Source: a virus (taxonomy: Duplodnaviria; Caudoviricetes). Taken from it: a DNA stretch of 52,072 nt. Below are positions 28,037 through 43,000 of the stretch, in pieces. Where the stretch lies: the IMG/VR virus record IMGVR_UViG_3300026189_000007, positions 1-52,072 of that record. The stretch is one strand, 5' to 3'. Position numbers and translations under genes: made by a program. Every line of letters starts with the position of its first letter. Within the stretch, counting starts at the first letter, position 1. The notes beneath the pieces are model-generated. The model did not search any database. It had not been told where the DNA came from and was given only the letters and a program-made list of their open reading frames with translations.

Positions 28037-31000
28037 TTAAGATGTTGGATCGACAGCCCCAGTATCTCTAAAACCTTCCATCCTTCTCTGAATTGTTGGG
28101 AAGGTGGTTAAACCAGAATTAATGGTGAGACCACTAACACCGATTGCTATTGGATTCGCAGTATTTCTACCAAGTGCTCCACTCAATCTACCCATTGAGA
28201 AGTTTCCTGCTGGATTATTTTCCCATGCTCCTGTAGTACTTAACCCAGTATGCACAGTATCAGATTTAACGTTACAGATTATAATTGTTTCTGTACCACT
28301 ATATCCTCCATGGTTACCACTAATGTTATAAACATTGTCTAGGAATTGAGTTCCTATACCAATTACTTCAGTATCCGAATCATAGATTGATGTTACACCA
28401 TTTCCAATTTGTGTATTGAAAACACTTATTGGACGACCATCTTGTAATATAGAAAGTCCACCAGCAGAACGGATACTAAACATCAATGCTAAACCAGTTG
28501 ATGATCCTGCTTTGGTAGTTGTACCAATTCCAGTGATAGATCCAGAAATGGCCTGAACTGAAGTAATGTTACTTACCAATTCAGTCTTAAATGGTGGGAA
28601 TGATACTATAACTTTAGGTGGATTTGTACTTGTATAACCAGAACCAACAGTCACTGGTGAAGTAAGTATTACGGTTCCACCAGCACCAATAACTGTATTT
28701 CCAGTAGCAGTTGTTCCACCACCAACAGGTGCAGCAACTTGAATTGTAGGAGCACTATTATATCCAAGACCACCATCTACAATAGTAAATCCTGATACTT
28801 GACCAGAACTATTAACTGTAGCAGTTAGAGATGCAGCACGAGGTTCTGCAATAGAATTATCTACAACAAATCCACCAATAGGTTTAGTAGGAAGATCTCC
28901 TTCATAATTAAAGATTGATGCATCATCAACAAATATCTCAGAAGATTCTGTAGAAGATAGATCTCTAATAATCTTAGATGTTGGGAAGATGAATGGTTCT
29001 GTTATTCCTCTTGCCTTAGAAACAATTTGACCACCAATAGTCTTATCAACTTTTTGTTTAGTCCAACTAAACTGCTTTGTTTCACTAGTAATTCCTGGCC
29101 CAGTGTAGAAACTAGTTTCTATTCTATCTGAGTCAACAATTGCTTCGATTGTTCTTTCTGTTTGATCTTCTTTGGTTGTATCTATCTTTAATAATTCAAG
29201 ATTATCACCAGGTTTTATTGACTCTACAATATCACTGACTAATACAGTATCTGCACCATCAGTTCCACGATAGAAGAATATACTTACATCATCAGTATCT
29301 CTAGGTGGTTCACTAAAGACGAATGATGTTCCTCCATTAAACTCATAACCAACTCCTGGCTCTTGGATTGCACCATTAACGATAATTAACAACGCATTTG
29401 ATAGATTCATTTCAGGGAATGCTGGTGTATCTTCAGATTCAAATGCTAATAATTCACCATCATATCTTAATTCAAATCTTACTCTAGCACCATCTTGCTG
29501 ATCCTTAATAGAATCAATATAATCAAATTGACCAAACTGCCATGCTGAGAACTCGTCACTTCTAACTTCAACTGCATCAAATATTGCAGGAGTTATTATT
29601 TCTTGTAAATTAGAATCTGTAACTAAACCAACAGGTGTAAACTTATCACCTCTTCTAAATCCATAACCACTTCTAGTAATCCTCCAATCAGTCACTTCAC
29701 CATAAGGTAAATCTTGGAAAGTTGTTATTCCAACAAATACTTTAATAGTATCAGTATCTACAATTTCCTGAATAGCGATACTCTGTCCTGAAACTGGATC
29801 AGTTGAACGTGGATAGTCATGTTCACTATTAAAGTTATCTCTACCACATGTAAAGGTTAATGAATCATCGGCAATTGTAATAGTATTAGCAAGTGATAAA
29901 CCATGATTAGTAGTAAATGATAATTCAAGAATACCTGTTGATGGAATATATCCTGCATCATTAACAGTTAGAGTTCCACCAATACTTCTTGTTACAGAGT
30001 TAATACCAGCACTTACAAATCTATGCTCATCACCACGTGGACGTTGACCCATACCAATGTTAAGTAGTAGACCTGTTCCAGTATCTGTAGTTGGCCCATC
30101 ACCTAATCTGGATACACCAATAACTCCAAGATCTTGATATGCAGGTTCTGGAATAATCAAATTAGGATTGATATAGTTTGTACCAGCAGCACCGACACTA
30201 AAGTCTAATCTTGCACCAGTTCCATATGGTGATTTACCTACATTAACTGTAAATTTGTTTGCAGCAAATACTTGCTCAACACCAACAATTTTATTATGCT
30301 TAGGATCTTTCTTAGGTCTAGGGTAAGGATGAAGATCAAGGAAATTATTCTTAGCACATGTAAATGTTAAACCACCAGTTACGAATCCAACAGTATTGTT
30401 TGCTTTCTGAATACCACTTGCAGCTGCAGATACGAATACATGTGCTGATGTATTTGTAGATGGTGCTCTCTTAAGTGATTGAATTTGGAAAGTACTTCCA
30501 GATGCATTAGAAATTGGAATCCACTCATTATGGATAGGATCACCTGGTCTAGGATAAGTATGCTGTGTCTGATTATTATCATAACCACATGTAAAGGTTA
30601 AAGAATTCTCTTCAATCTTAATTAAGTCTCCATTTGACCATCCATGAGGAGTTACAGTCTCAATTTGTACAATACCTGTAGTTGGGTTGTAAGTAGTACC
30701 TGCTTTTGCTGTATTGATTCCTGATTGTGTGAAACTATGACTTGTTGTAGTTGTTACAGTTAGAATTCCACTTCTAGGATCGTATTCTGTACCAGTAGTT
30801 GCGGTAAATGGGCCACCTGCATTTGCAGTTATAGATCCTACACCAGCAGTTATAAATCTATGTTTGTTATAGTCTACTATTTCTGCATTTACTACACCAC
30901 CAGTACCAACACTAGATCCAACAAATGCTTCAAATGATGTTGAATCATTATTGAACGCATCAGTACATATACCAACCACTGGGTCTGAAGAACGTGGATA

Positions 31001-34000
31001 TGGATGTAATGTTCTAAAGTTATCCTTAGCACAAGTGAATACAAGAGATTCTGTCTTAATTCCTATCCTACTATTGTTAGCATTGATAGCAGTCATACCT
31101 GCATCACCAACCACAACCTTCAATATACCACTTCCACCCTCATAAGAAGAATCAAGAACATCGAGAGTTGAGTTTGTTGTTATTCCAACAAATATACTGA
31201 ATGAAGTAGGCCCAGTTGTACCAACACCAACAACCTTACTGTATGATCTATTGATAGGATCTTTTCCTAATCTTGGATATGTGTGAATAGAATGATTATT
31301 GTCTCTACCACATGTAAATGCTAATGAATCGGTCTTAATTCCAACTTCATCAACTGACTTCATTAATGGTGCAGATGCTGCTACAAATGTATGAATTCCT
31401 GCATTTATATCTCCTGCAGGGCCAACATAAACAGCGAATGTATTAACACCTACTTGTTCAATAGGCATCCAGTGACTTCCAGTTTCATCCTTATCAGCAG
31501 AACTCTTTCTTGGATAATAATGACTTGTTGCATGATTATCAAGAGCACATGTAAATTCTAGAGAAGTTTCTGCAATACCAACATATTCTCCAGTCTGCCA
31601 ACCATGACCAGTAATGGTGAAATTCATATATCCAGTTGTTCCATTAAAATCAACATCACCGATTGTATGAGTGGTTGATCCTTTGAAATTATGAGATGAT
31701 ACAAAGAATGTAACGATACCTACTTTAGGTTCGTACTCTGCATATGGACTAGCAATAGTAGTAGTTACATTAGGTGATGAACCTACGTTTAATTCAACTG
31801 TAGTTGCAGTAGGAACAGTAACTGAAGTATTGACTCCAGCAATAGGATCTGATGCACGAGGATATGCATGTTCTGTAGCAAAATTATCTCTACCACATTT
31901 AAAGGTTAATGAACCATTATCAAATCTGATTTGCTGACCACCAGTAATTCCGTGAGCAGATGCAAAGGTTACTTGTAATACACCAGTAGATCCTGTATAT
32001 GCTGCTCCGACAGGTGTTAATTTACCACCACCAGAAACTTTAGTAATAGAATCAGTAACACCACTTACAAATTCATGTACATAATCACCACCACTGAATA
32101 CTGCGTTTGCAAGATCACTAGAACCACTTACAAATGAATGTGCATAATCACCACCAATTTCTATAGCACTACTTGCAGCACTTACAAACTTATGCTCATA
32201 AGGTGTATCAGTAATTCCTATAGAAATATTACCAGCATAAGCAGAACCATATGTTGCATCACCATACCATGGTAGTGCATAACCTCTACCAAGATATCGG
32301 TGAGGTATAGAGTTAACACCAACATTAGTAGTAAATCTATATCTTGGTAATTTACCAACATCCAATGTAATTGTGCTTGTAGTTACTGATGTTACACCAA
32401 TAACTGATCCATCTCCTGCAGGATCTCCAAGACGTGGATAAGGATGAATAGTTGCATAGTTATCTTGAGAACATCTCCAGTCTAATGATTCTGTCTTAAG
32501 TCCAACAGTCTCACCTATCATCTTCAAGATACCATCAGATGCTGCAGATACAAATGTATGTGCATATTGATCTTCAGCAGCTGCAGCACCAACATATACA
32601 GTAAATGTGTTTACAGTATAAGCATGAACTGCTAACCACTTATGATGAGCAGGATCATTTGGTCTAGGATATGAATGTTCTGTAGCATTACCATCTTTTG
32701 TGCAAGTATATGTTAGAGAATGATCTTTTATTTGTACTCTCATTCCAGTAACAAGACCATGACCATTACTTGTGATTACTAGTCTTCCAGTTGATTGTGT
32801 ATAAACTGCATTAGTTGCTGTTAGTGGAGTTGCAGCAGAGTACCCATGGCCTGACCCTATAGTCAATTCTACCTGTCCAGTGCTTGGAATATACGTTGCA
32901 TCAGTAACGTCTCTCTCACGGGCAGGAGAAGTACCTACAGGGACTTCAATAGTTGTTGCATTTGGTACTGTTGCAGTTAATGTTTGTCCAAATGCAGGGT
33001 CAGTAGCACGAGGATATTTGTGCTCTGTTTGGAAGTTATCTCTAGAACATTTGAAACTTAATGAAGCATTAGCAATAGTTACATTTCCACCACCAGAAAC
33101 ACCGTGTGCACCAGCGAATGTAAGAGTTAGAACTCCTGTATTAGCATCATAATCTCCACCATTTGGAGTTAAACTACCGTTTATTGCATTAGTATCAGCA
33201 GAAACAAATGTATGCTTATAATCACCACCTGAATAAAGAGCACTAGTTGCAGTACCTACAAATTGATGAGTATAATCTCTTTCATCAACATTGAAAATTG
33301 TATAGTCTTCACTGTAACTTGTTAAACCTACAGGATACTTAGGATAAGTTGAAGTTGTTATACCAGAGAATCCACTTCTAACTAACACTGCACCAGTTCC
33401 TACACCTACAAATCTGTGTAGAGAATCTGTACCAACACCAACATTAATGGTTATTGACTCAGCAGTTCTTTCAATAATAGTTGTATTGATTCCTGCAATA
33501 GGATCTGTAGCATGGCGAGGATATGAATGATAAGAAGCATAGTTATCTTGTGAACATGTGAATGTTAATGAATCAGTTGCAATACCAACACTCTGTCCAA
33601 CTCCTAAAGCATTAGGGCCAATTATTAATGTTAAATTACCATTACCTGCATCATAAGTTGCATCATCTACATCATAATCATCAGCACAAGTAAATCCTAA
33701 ACCAACTAATTTAACCTGTTTAATAATTCCAGATTCAAAGTAAGTAGGATAAGTTGTAGTAATCTCTAATTCACCAGTAACATTATCATAATCTGCAGCT
33801 GCAATTGGGTTCTTAACTGATGCAACAGTTGGGAATCCAACAATATTAGTAATACTACCTTCTGCATCAGTTTCAACATATGCTTTTGCTGGTACTGGAA
33901 CAGCATATCCTAATCCTGGTGTAGAACCAAGAGAAACTAACATACCACCTCTTGGTAGTTGGTTTTGATTTATATCTTGAGGATCAATAAAGATATCTCC

Positions 34001-37000
34001 TGTAGCAGATGCTATACCTGTGAAAATAATACTACTAATTCCAGATACAGTATCTTCTATAATGCTAAAGTTATTATCAGGGTTATTTGCAGTAGATGGT
34101 TTCTGGAATATATTGCTAAGAGTTAATAATCCACTACCACCAGTACTTCCTAGACCAACAGTATTTGCACCACCAACTTTCAATGTAAATTGACTATCAA
34201 GTCCAGTAAATTGATCTGTTATATCATCATATACTTGGTTAGTATCATAATCATTTCTTAAGAACGTACGTCCAGTAAATGATGATGTTGGGAATTCTAA
34301 ATTATTTCTAGTTTTTTCTGCCTGAGGGTTTCCTTTAGGTGATTCAGTAAAGAATATTTCCTTACCAACAATGTTATATGAACCTCTATAAACTTGAACA
34401 GTTGCAGTATTTGAATGAGTAGCAGGTGTTGAACCAACAAATGATCTTTCAACTTGAATAAGAGATGTTGTTCCAATTCCAGTAATAGGGCCTTCTACAT
34501 CATCACCTATTCCAAGATTAACAATCTTCATATATTCATCATCAATCCTTACAATATCATCAGGGCCAAGAGATGAAATACCACTAAGTGAGAAGGTTGT
34601 TGCAGTAGTACCTATACCCAATGTACCAGCACCATCAATATTTTCAATATTGTTCTGCAAAGTAAATGCAATTGGATTAAATGCTAATGGAGATTGTATT
34701 AAATTATCAATAGTAATAACTGCCTTTGTATTAGAAACCGCCATTTGGAATTCATGTGCGTTTCCTGTACCAACACCGACAAATGTAACACCAGTACCAG
34801 CAAGTGCTAATGTTTTAGAAGTTGCTATAAAGAATGAATCACTACCCTCTCTAATAGCAAACACAGGACTTGTTAGTGAATTAATACCACCGCCACCATC
34901 TTGGTATTGCATTGGAGTAGATCCAACACCAACAAATGTTGAATTTGGTTTGTATATTAACTCTTCTCCCGTTCTAAAGAAGTGATCAGTAATATTAAAT
35001 CTACCAGAAGTAAGATCAACAGTTTCTGAGACAGCAGGGTTAAATGACTTAGCAAAAATTGGAGTTGCGTTGGAAGTTAATGTGAAGTTCTTTCTATTAA
35101 TTCTATCGCCATTGATTGCATTGTAGAAGAATAGTTTAAGATTCTCTCTTCCACTACCAAATTCAAGAGGTTCTGTAAGTTCTTCATTAAGTGTGTCTAA
35201 TGGGCCATACATACAAAGATTTAATGAAGCTACCTGAATTTCAGTGCTTGCATATGCAGAATCTGGAATAAACTCAAGTTGGAATTGATTACCATTGAAT
35301 TTACCATTGAAAGATCCTAATCCTGATAAACTATCTGAGACAGATGTACTTCCTACAGATATGAATGGGGATGGTTGAGTATAAACATCACCTTGATCAT
35401 GCATAGTATAAACTTGATGCAATGCTCTGGTTGATCCAGCACTAACTTCAACAACAGATCTAACTGCATTGAAATCTGTCTGAAGAATTGAGAATACAGT
35501 TGTTGTTCCAGCACCAATAGAATAATCAGACTGATAAAGAGCAGTTTGCTCAGATCCTGGAGGTTGGCCAGGTGCTAGGTATCTGTAAGTTCCAACTCCA
35601 ACAGCTGTTGAACCGAATCCAACTATTCTAGTCTTAAGTTCTATCTTATCTGTTGAATTATTATGATAATCAACGAATAATTCATTTCCATGACCAGAAT
35701 CTGTTGTGAATCCTACTACAAATTCACCCATTAAGATATCTGAGTACATTCCAACATCAGAATGAGTATCAACAAAATATTCAGAAGTATATGTATTTTC
35801 ACCATCATGAGTAACATATAGTTCTACATAATTTTGCTCATTTGTTGTTTGATTTAGTAGATGGTTCTGTAAATGTAGTGAATGATATTTTTCTGAACTT
35901 AAACCAATAACTCTAGTAGTTGTTATTCCTGATGAAACAGTGGTAGCAATACCAACAGAACCAGTTATATTAACAAATCCTACACCAAATGTACCAACAC
36001 CTGTTTGATCATTAAAGTTTTGTCTAACTACCTTGAGATCATAGTCTGTATTATATGCATCAGGTAAAGGAGTAAATCTAAGGTAAGTATCTCCAAGAGA
36101 ATCTTCAAAGACTGCAAAACTACCAATAGATGTTTCATCATCTAATTTTTGTTTTTGTAATAGAACAGATTCTGTTCCAAAATTACTCATTAATATTAAA
36201 TCTGCAGTTTGAACATCAGATTGATCTACATTTGTAACCCTAACAAATAAACTTTCAAAAGGAGAAACACTTGAATTGTCTATCTTAAATAGATTTAAAA
36301 ATTCACTAGGATCACCATCTAAGTTTGAAAACTGACTATTAATGTCGTCTATTATCAAAACTTGATTACTCTTTGCAAGTAAATATGATGATAATCTCTT
36401 ATTATCAATTTGAACAAATTTAGATGCTTTACCAGTTAAAGCTATAATTGATTCTCTATTAGTCGTATTATATTCTAAGTCAACTGCAGTAGCGTAATTA
36501 TAAAGTGTATCTACTCTTTCATCACCTATTATATCAAGGATAGAGAGTGATTGATCTTCACTACCAATTCCAACTAATGCTGTTGTAGATGTTATTCCAG
36601 TGTCTGCAAAGTTCTTAAGACCTGCAGTATGAAGTAATCCATTTACTGGACTTCTTAATGTACTATATTCTTGACTACTCTTGACTGTATATGAAAGATT
36701 CTGGAAGTAATCATTATCAGGAAGTACCTGATTATCTAAATTTAATTTTCCAATATCATCAGTCCAACCAATATCCTTCTTAACTGCATAACTTACATCA
36801 AATCTTCCTTCGTTTTCAGTAATGCTAACAACATTTGCTATTGTTCCAGATTCCTTTCCAATAATAACTTCACCAGGACTTAATTCATAAGTTCCAGAAA
36901 TTTTAACAAAATCAGGATTATCTGCATCAACTTTATTTTCGGTAATGTATAAATCTCTAGGAACATCGTTACTTATTATTTGTTCACCAACAATAAATTG

Positions 37001-40000
37001 AGATGGGAATTGATCAACTGAGAATGTTGGATAATCCTTTCTATTAATGATAACTGCAAGAGATCCTTGGTCAGTAACAGCAACACCACAATTTGTTGAA
37101 TACTCAGATGCATCAACAACAACTGCATCACTTGCACCTGATAAGTATGCTATAACTTTAGGGAATCTATAACCAATATCTTTAGAGTTAAATCCAGTAC
37201 CACCATGAGCATCTTCTTTGATTATATTCTCTATAAAGACTTCATCACCAACTTTAAATGGTTGTTCAGCATATCCTGCTGATGGAGTTGTTATATGACA
37301 TGTAAATATTCCACTATTGTTACTACCAACTGTTTGAATACCAATACCATTAGTATTATTGACTGTAAACAATTCTACTTGTGTTTCTGGTAATCCAGAT
37401 GGAGACACAACTACATCAACATTTGATACTGCAGGCCCTGCTAATGATGCTCTTAATAAACCAGCTTCAATTCTTTTTCTTGTAGTTGGATGTACAATGT
37501 GTACATTTGGAGCAGATAGATATCCACCACCACCATTAGTAACAGTAACTACACCTATTGTATTTGAGTTTTCAACAACAATTAAAGGTGAAATAAATGC
37601 ATTTGGTTTTAAAGTCTTATCTGATGAATATTCAAATCCTTCGTTAATTATTCTTACTTGGTTTGCATTACCAATTGATTTTGAGGAAGGAATAACATAT
37701 GCACCTGTTCCTGAAGTATTATCAATACCACTGAAATTAGGTAATCTCTTATATCCAAATCCACTAAAGTTAATATCTGCTTTATGAATACCACCACGTG
37801 CTGTTGGAGATGTTGTGGTATATTTTAAAGAACCTTCAGTTGATGCATAAGATAATCTCTCTGGAACTCGTTTTAGAGTTATATCAAATGTTGTAGATCC
37901 TGTAGCAATAACATTATATCTGTTGTTATATAAACTATCTGAGAAATTGATTAATGAATGACTTTCAACAGAAGTATCTGCTGTAGTAATACCTCCACTA
38001 TTTTCTAAGTTATAATACAACTTAGATGGAAGCATAGTATCATAATTTAGAGTTCTATTTGCAATAGTACCAATACCAGCTGTTCCAAGACCTGTTATAC
38101 TAAACTGAGTTGCACCTGTGAATCCAGTAGAAACAAATTCATTATTAAACTGATTATCATAATAGAATTTAAGTTCATATCCTGTTAAAGAAGGGTCAAC
38201 TATATCAAACACAAAATCACTATTCCCAACAACGAATAGAGATGGATTTACCAATGAAAGAGATTGTGTTCCAATTCCAGTACCAGATATTTCAGTTGTA
38301 ATAGGAGGATTGGTATAAGCATCTTTAGAAGTTGCAGATAATTTTATAATATCATCATCAACCCTGTATACAAAGTAACTACCAGTATGCAATCCAGTGG
38401 AAACACCATAAGGAGCCTCATAGAAAACTTTATCTCCTGTTTTTAATCCATGCTCATTTAATGTTATTTCATCTTTTGTTGTATTGACTGCAAGAGGATC
38501 AAAATCAATAGGATTAATTAAAATATTTCCAGTATCTGCATTTCTCTTAACTCTCACACCTGTAGATGTTCCAATACCAACTGAAAGACCAGACTTAACT
38601 TCTAAGTCAATTTGATCACCTACAGTTAAATTATGACTAAATGCTGTAGAGATAGAGACAGTTGAAATAATTTTTTGGGTTTTTGCTAAAACTTGCTCAA
38701 ATTTAGTCTCAATTTTATAATTATCCTGATTAGTACCACCACCAGTAAAGTAAACATCAGAGAAACCTATACCTACACCAGTTTTTATACCAACATAGTT
38801 TTTACCCTTATTTGTTATGAATACTTGTGAAGGTAAATTGTAACTAACAGTACCAGTGCTATTAGCAATAGATATTTGTGCTGTTCCACCAGGCACTGTA
38901 ACAGTTACTGGTTCATTGTTTCTAAACTTATGATTTGGTAAGAAAATTGATTGAGTTGGAATACTTCTTGTAATTGTAGTACTTCCAAATCCAAATGTTG
39001 ATGTATGGGTGACACCTGGTGTAACACCAAAACCAACAGCTTTGATTGGATTAAAGTATGCAACATTGTTTAATGATGACTCAAAATAAGGTACAGACTT
39101 AGGAATAGTAAATGAACTAGGAACTATTGAAATTGTACTTCCTACACCGTGTACAAGACCTGTAGAACCTCTATTTGCTCTTATTATCTTTTCAGTTGGG
39201 TATATCTCTAAAACCTGCATTGTTTCAGTACCAACTGTAATACTATTACCTATAGATAATCTCTCTGGTATTGTAGAAACATATATTTCACTTGAATTTG
39301 GTAAAGATGCAACTGTAGGTACTTCTGCAAGTACCTGAGTGCTTGCTGTTACTATACCAATTTGATATTCGCCATTTATTTGTGATAGAACAGTAGATAA
39401 TCCAGAAATAACAACATTATCACGATTAACCAAAGGATGTTGAGGTAAAATATTAACTACAACGTTATCAGGGTTCCAAGTCAGTATTGTATTTTCAAAA
39501 GTCGTAACTGCAGTTTGTATATCAACAATAGGTCTTCCATCCAAAGAAGAAATTTTACTTGATAGACCTTCACCACCTGTACCTTCTTCATCAAATGTTA
39601 ATCTTTCACCAACTGCATAATTATCACCAGAATCGACAATATTTAATTCATCAACAGTACCTGCTGTGACTGATTCTATTACTGCCTTCTGATTGGATAT
39701 TTCATTTGTTTCAATGATAAAATCGTTATCAATATTCTTTTCAGCAACTCTGTATGGGAATGTATTTCTAATAAGATTATTTGATGCATAATCAAAATCT
39801 TGAGTTATAACTTGATCTAAAGGAATAGATCTAAATCTATCTCCTATAAAGTATGGAAAATCTGGTTTATTTTGAGAACCACTATCTTTAATAGTTGCAT
39901 AATAAGCATATATTCCATCTGGAAACTCAGGTGTTTTTGCAAAACGACCATTATTAACATCCAAATCACCAGAATCATCAAATTTATTATCATCTACGAA

Positions 40001-43000
40001 GAATCCAGCAGGGAAAACTGTAGTAGGAGGTCTATCTTCTACTGCAGAAGCGTCTAATGTATAACCACTGCGTACTCTTGTTGCAAATGAGTTAATATCC
40101 TCAGGATCTGAATAAACAAAAGGCCCATAAATTGGATTTCCATCATAAGCCCATCCAATAATTTTAGAAGCAATAGTAATACCTGTACCAACTTCACCAA
40201 ATGAGTTTCTAAATGTTGCTCCATATCCAGCAACTGTATATTTTAAACTATCGTCATCTCCTACCAATATTACATCATCATCAAATTTTTGTACCATATC
40301 TATGGTCAATGGTCTTACAGCAACATCAATAAAACCTGCTTTACCTGCAGAAACTACTTTTATACTAGTTGATGCTGCAGAGTATCCAATACCTGAACTA
40401 ACAACTTGTACAGATGATATTCTATTATTAACTATAATTGGTCTTAATTTAGCACCAGATCCTGCTCCTGAAGTATCAACTACTTCTAGATCAGGTGTTG
40501 AGTAATATTCAACACCACCATAGTTAATATCAACACTATCAAGTATTCCTCCAATAATATTTGCTTTTAATGATGCTTCTCTACCATTCTGTATGCTTAT
40601 TGTTGGTTTCTTCTCAAAATTAATTATAGTTGAACCATAACCAGTACCAGTTTCATACAAATAAGCATCAACAATACTACCTTTAACAGTTGGAGTAAGT
40701 ACCATTTCCTCAACAGTTTGGGTGATAGTACCAAACCCAACAGGAGAGTATTTTAACGATACTGAAACATCTGGATATTTAAAGACTTGGAATCCCTTAC
40801 CTTCAGATTCAAACTTAATAAAGTTATCTCTATTAAAGTTAGTTGGGTCTGTTCCACCAAGACCAGCATTAGCTAATCTAAATGAATCACTATCAACCTT
40901 CATAACATAGTAATAATTCGCAGTTGTAGATACTCCTGTAGTTTCTATTAATCCACCAATTGACTCTGTAACTGTTGTACCAACACCTACAGCAGTAGAA
41001 TACTCAACTATTTCACCATTACCAAATCCATGATTTTCAAATACTACTTTATTATATTGTGTTGATATTCCTGTAGGTTTAACAAATAACTTTCTATTAG
41101 TTAATTTTCCACCATCTATAACTTGAATATCAACAACTGATCTTTGATTTGGTAAAGTAGAGAATTTATGTGTACCACTAGTGTTAGAAATCCCTAAACC
41201 AATTGGATTTTCCCTATTGATTGCATTTAATGCACTATTGTATAATTTAACAGTTTTATTATCAATTACATCAATAAAGTAAGAAGCATTGTTAACTAGA
41301 GTATCTGTTCCAATTCCAATTCCAATTCCTTCATTTCCATTAGATTTGTATATTACTTCTTGACCATTTTGGAATGTATGATTAGTTAAAAATGTAATAG
41401 TATCGGCAGCATCATCAACTCCACCAGAATAAATTTTCTGTCTTCCGTCAAATTCAACTTCTCTTGCTTTATTAATAATTACTGGTTCTAAAACTGCAGT
41501 ACCATTACCACCATTAACGTCAATACTTATAACTTCATTAATATCAAATCCCTGAGGATCAATAAAGACTTTACTAATAGAACCTTCTATTACTGGTTGT
41601 ATTGCAGCATTTGTACCAGCACCAGCACTAACATGTACATTTGGTGGATTAACGACATCATAATCAGTACCAGCAGTAACAACACTCGCAGATTTTAATG
41701 GGCCATAATAAACTTTATCCTCAGATTTATAGTTACTAATTTCTACACCATTAATCAATATACCAGTTGTACCTGGTTCTGTCTCTGTTTGACTTGCTCT
41801 ATTTGAAGATGGTGTTAATGCAAACTTCTTAAGTGACTTTTGAGCTGATATTACTTCTGATCTTTGAGAATTTAATATAAACTTATGATTACCAGCAGTT
41901 GATTTTAATGGAATATAGGTAGCACTTTCAATAGATGCTCTAGATCCATACAATCTAATCTTCTTTTTATCAGTAGAAACAACCTCACAGTAATATCTAC
42001 CAGTTTCTAATCCAACATAATGAGTACCAGATGGTTTATAAAAGATTTCATCACCTGTAAAGAAAGGAACAGGTTCACCAAATACAACAATACTGTATTG
42101 ATCTAGTGTATTTGGTACTATACTGTCTAAACCAGTAGCTGTTGCAGACTTTACATCAGTGGTTATGACGTTTACAAAGTCAGTAGTAACACCAGCTCTT
42201 CCAGATGGGAGTGAATTTGATGCAACATATGCTTCATTATTGTCTTTAATGTATAAATTTGATGTATCTGATAATAAATGAGGAAATTCTAGAGGAACTG
42301 CGGTACTAACTGCATAATTTGGTCTTCTTCTAATATCAATTGCACCATTTCCAGTGTAACCATCTGCTAATTGGATGGTATTATCATCAATTACTGAAAT
42401 AATTGTACTTTTTAAAGCTCCATTGGTAAAACTTTCGACAATATTTGATCCAGTTCGGACAATTTCTACTTCATCACCTTTTTTTAGACTAGATCTATCA
42501 ATTTTTGCTGCTGTGGTGAACTGACTTACAGCAACAAATTTAATTCCTTCAATAAAATACCTACAACTTGTATTATAAATCCATGAATTTGCAAAAATTT
42601 GCTTAAATGTTGCGTCTGTTGCTGGATTTTCTATAAAATCACCAACATTTTTAACTGAAATTATCTGACCTTCGTTAATATTAACGTTTTCGGATACTTG
42701 TTGGAAGTCTGCTAGAACACCAGTAAGTCTTAATTCCACTGGTTTGGTAACATCTCCATCTTCAAAACCATAATAAGTGTTATTACTTCTTATTTCATCT
42801 GCTTTTTTAATAGAAACACCTATTCCAGTACATCCAAAGAACTGGTTAACACTCTTACTTGTATAATCAATAGATGTATTACCAGCAGATATGATAGTTC
42901 CAGTTTGACCAAACCCTACAGTTGAGTCAACACTGATTACTGAATCACCAGCACCAACAGTATCAAGACATCTTGTTGCTTGTGTTATATCAAAATTACC

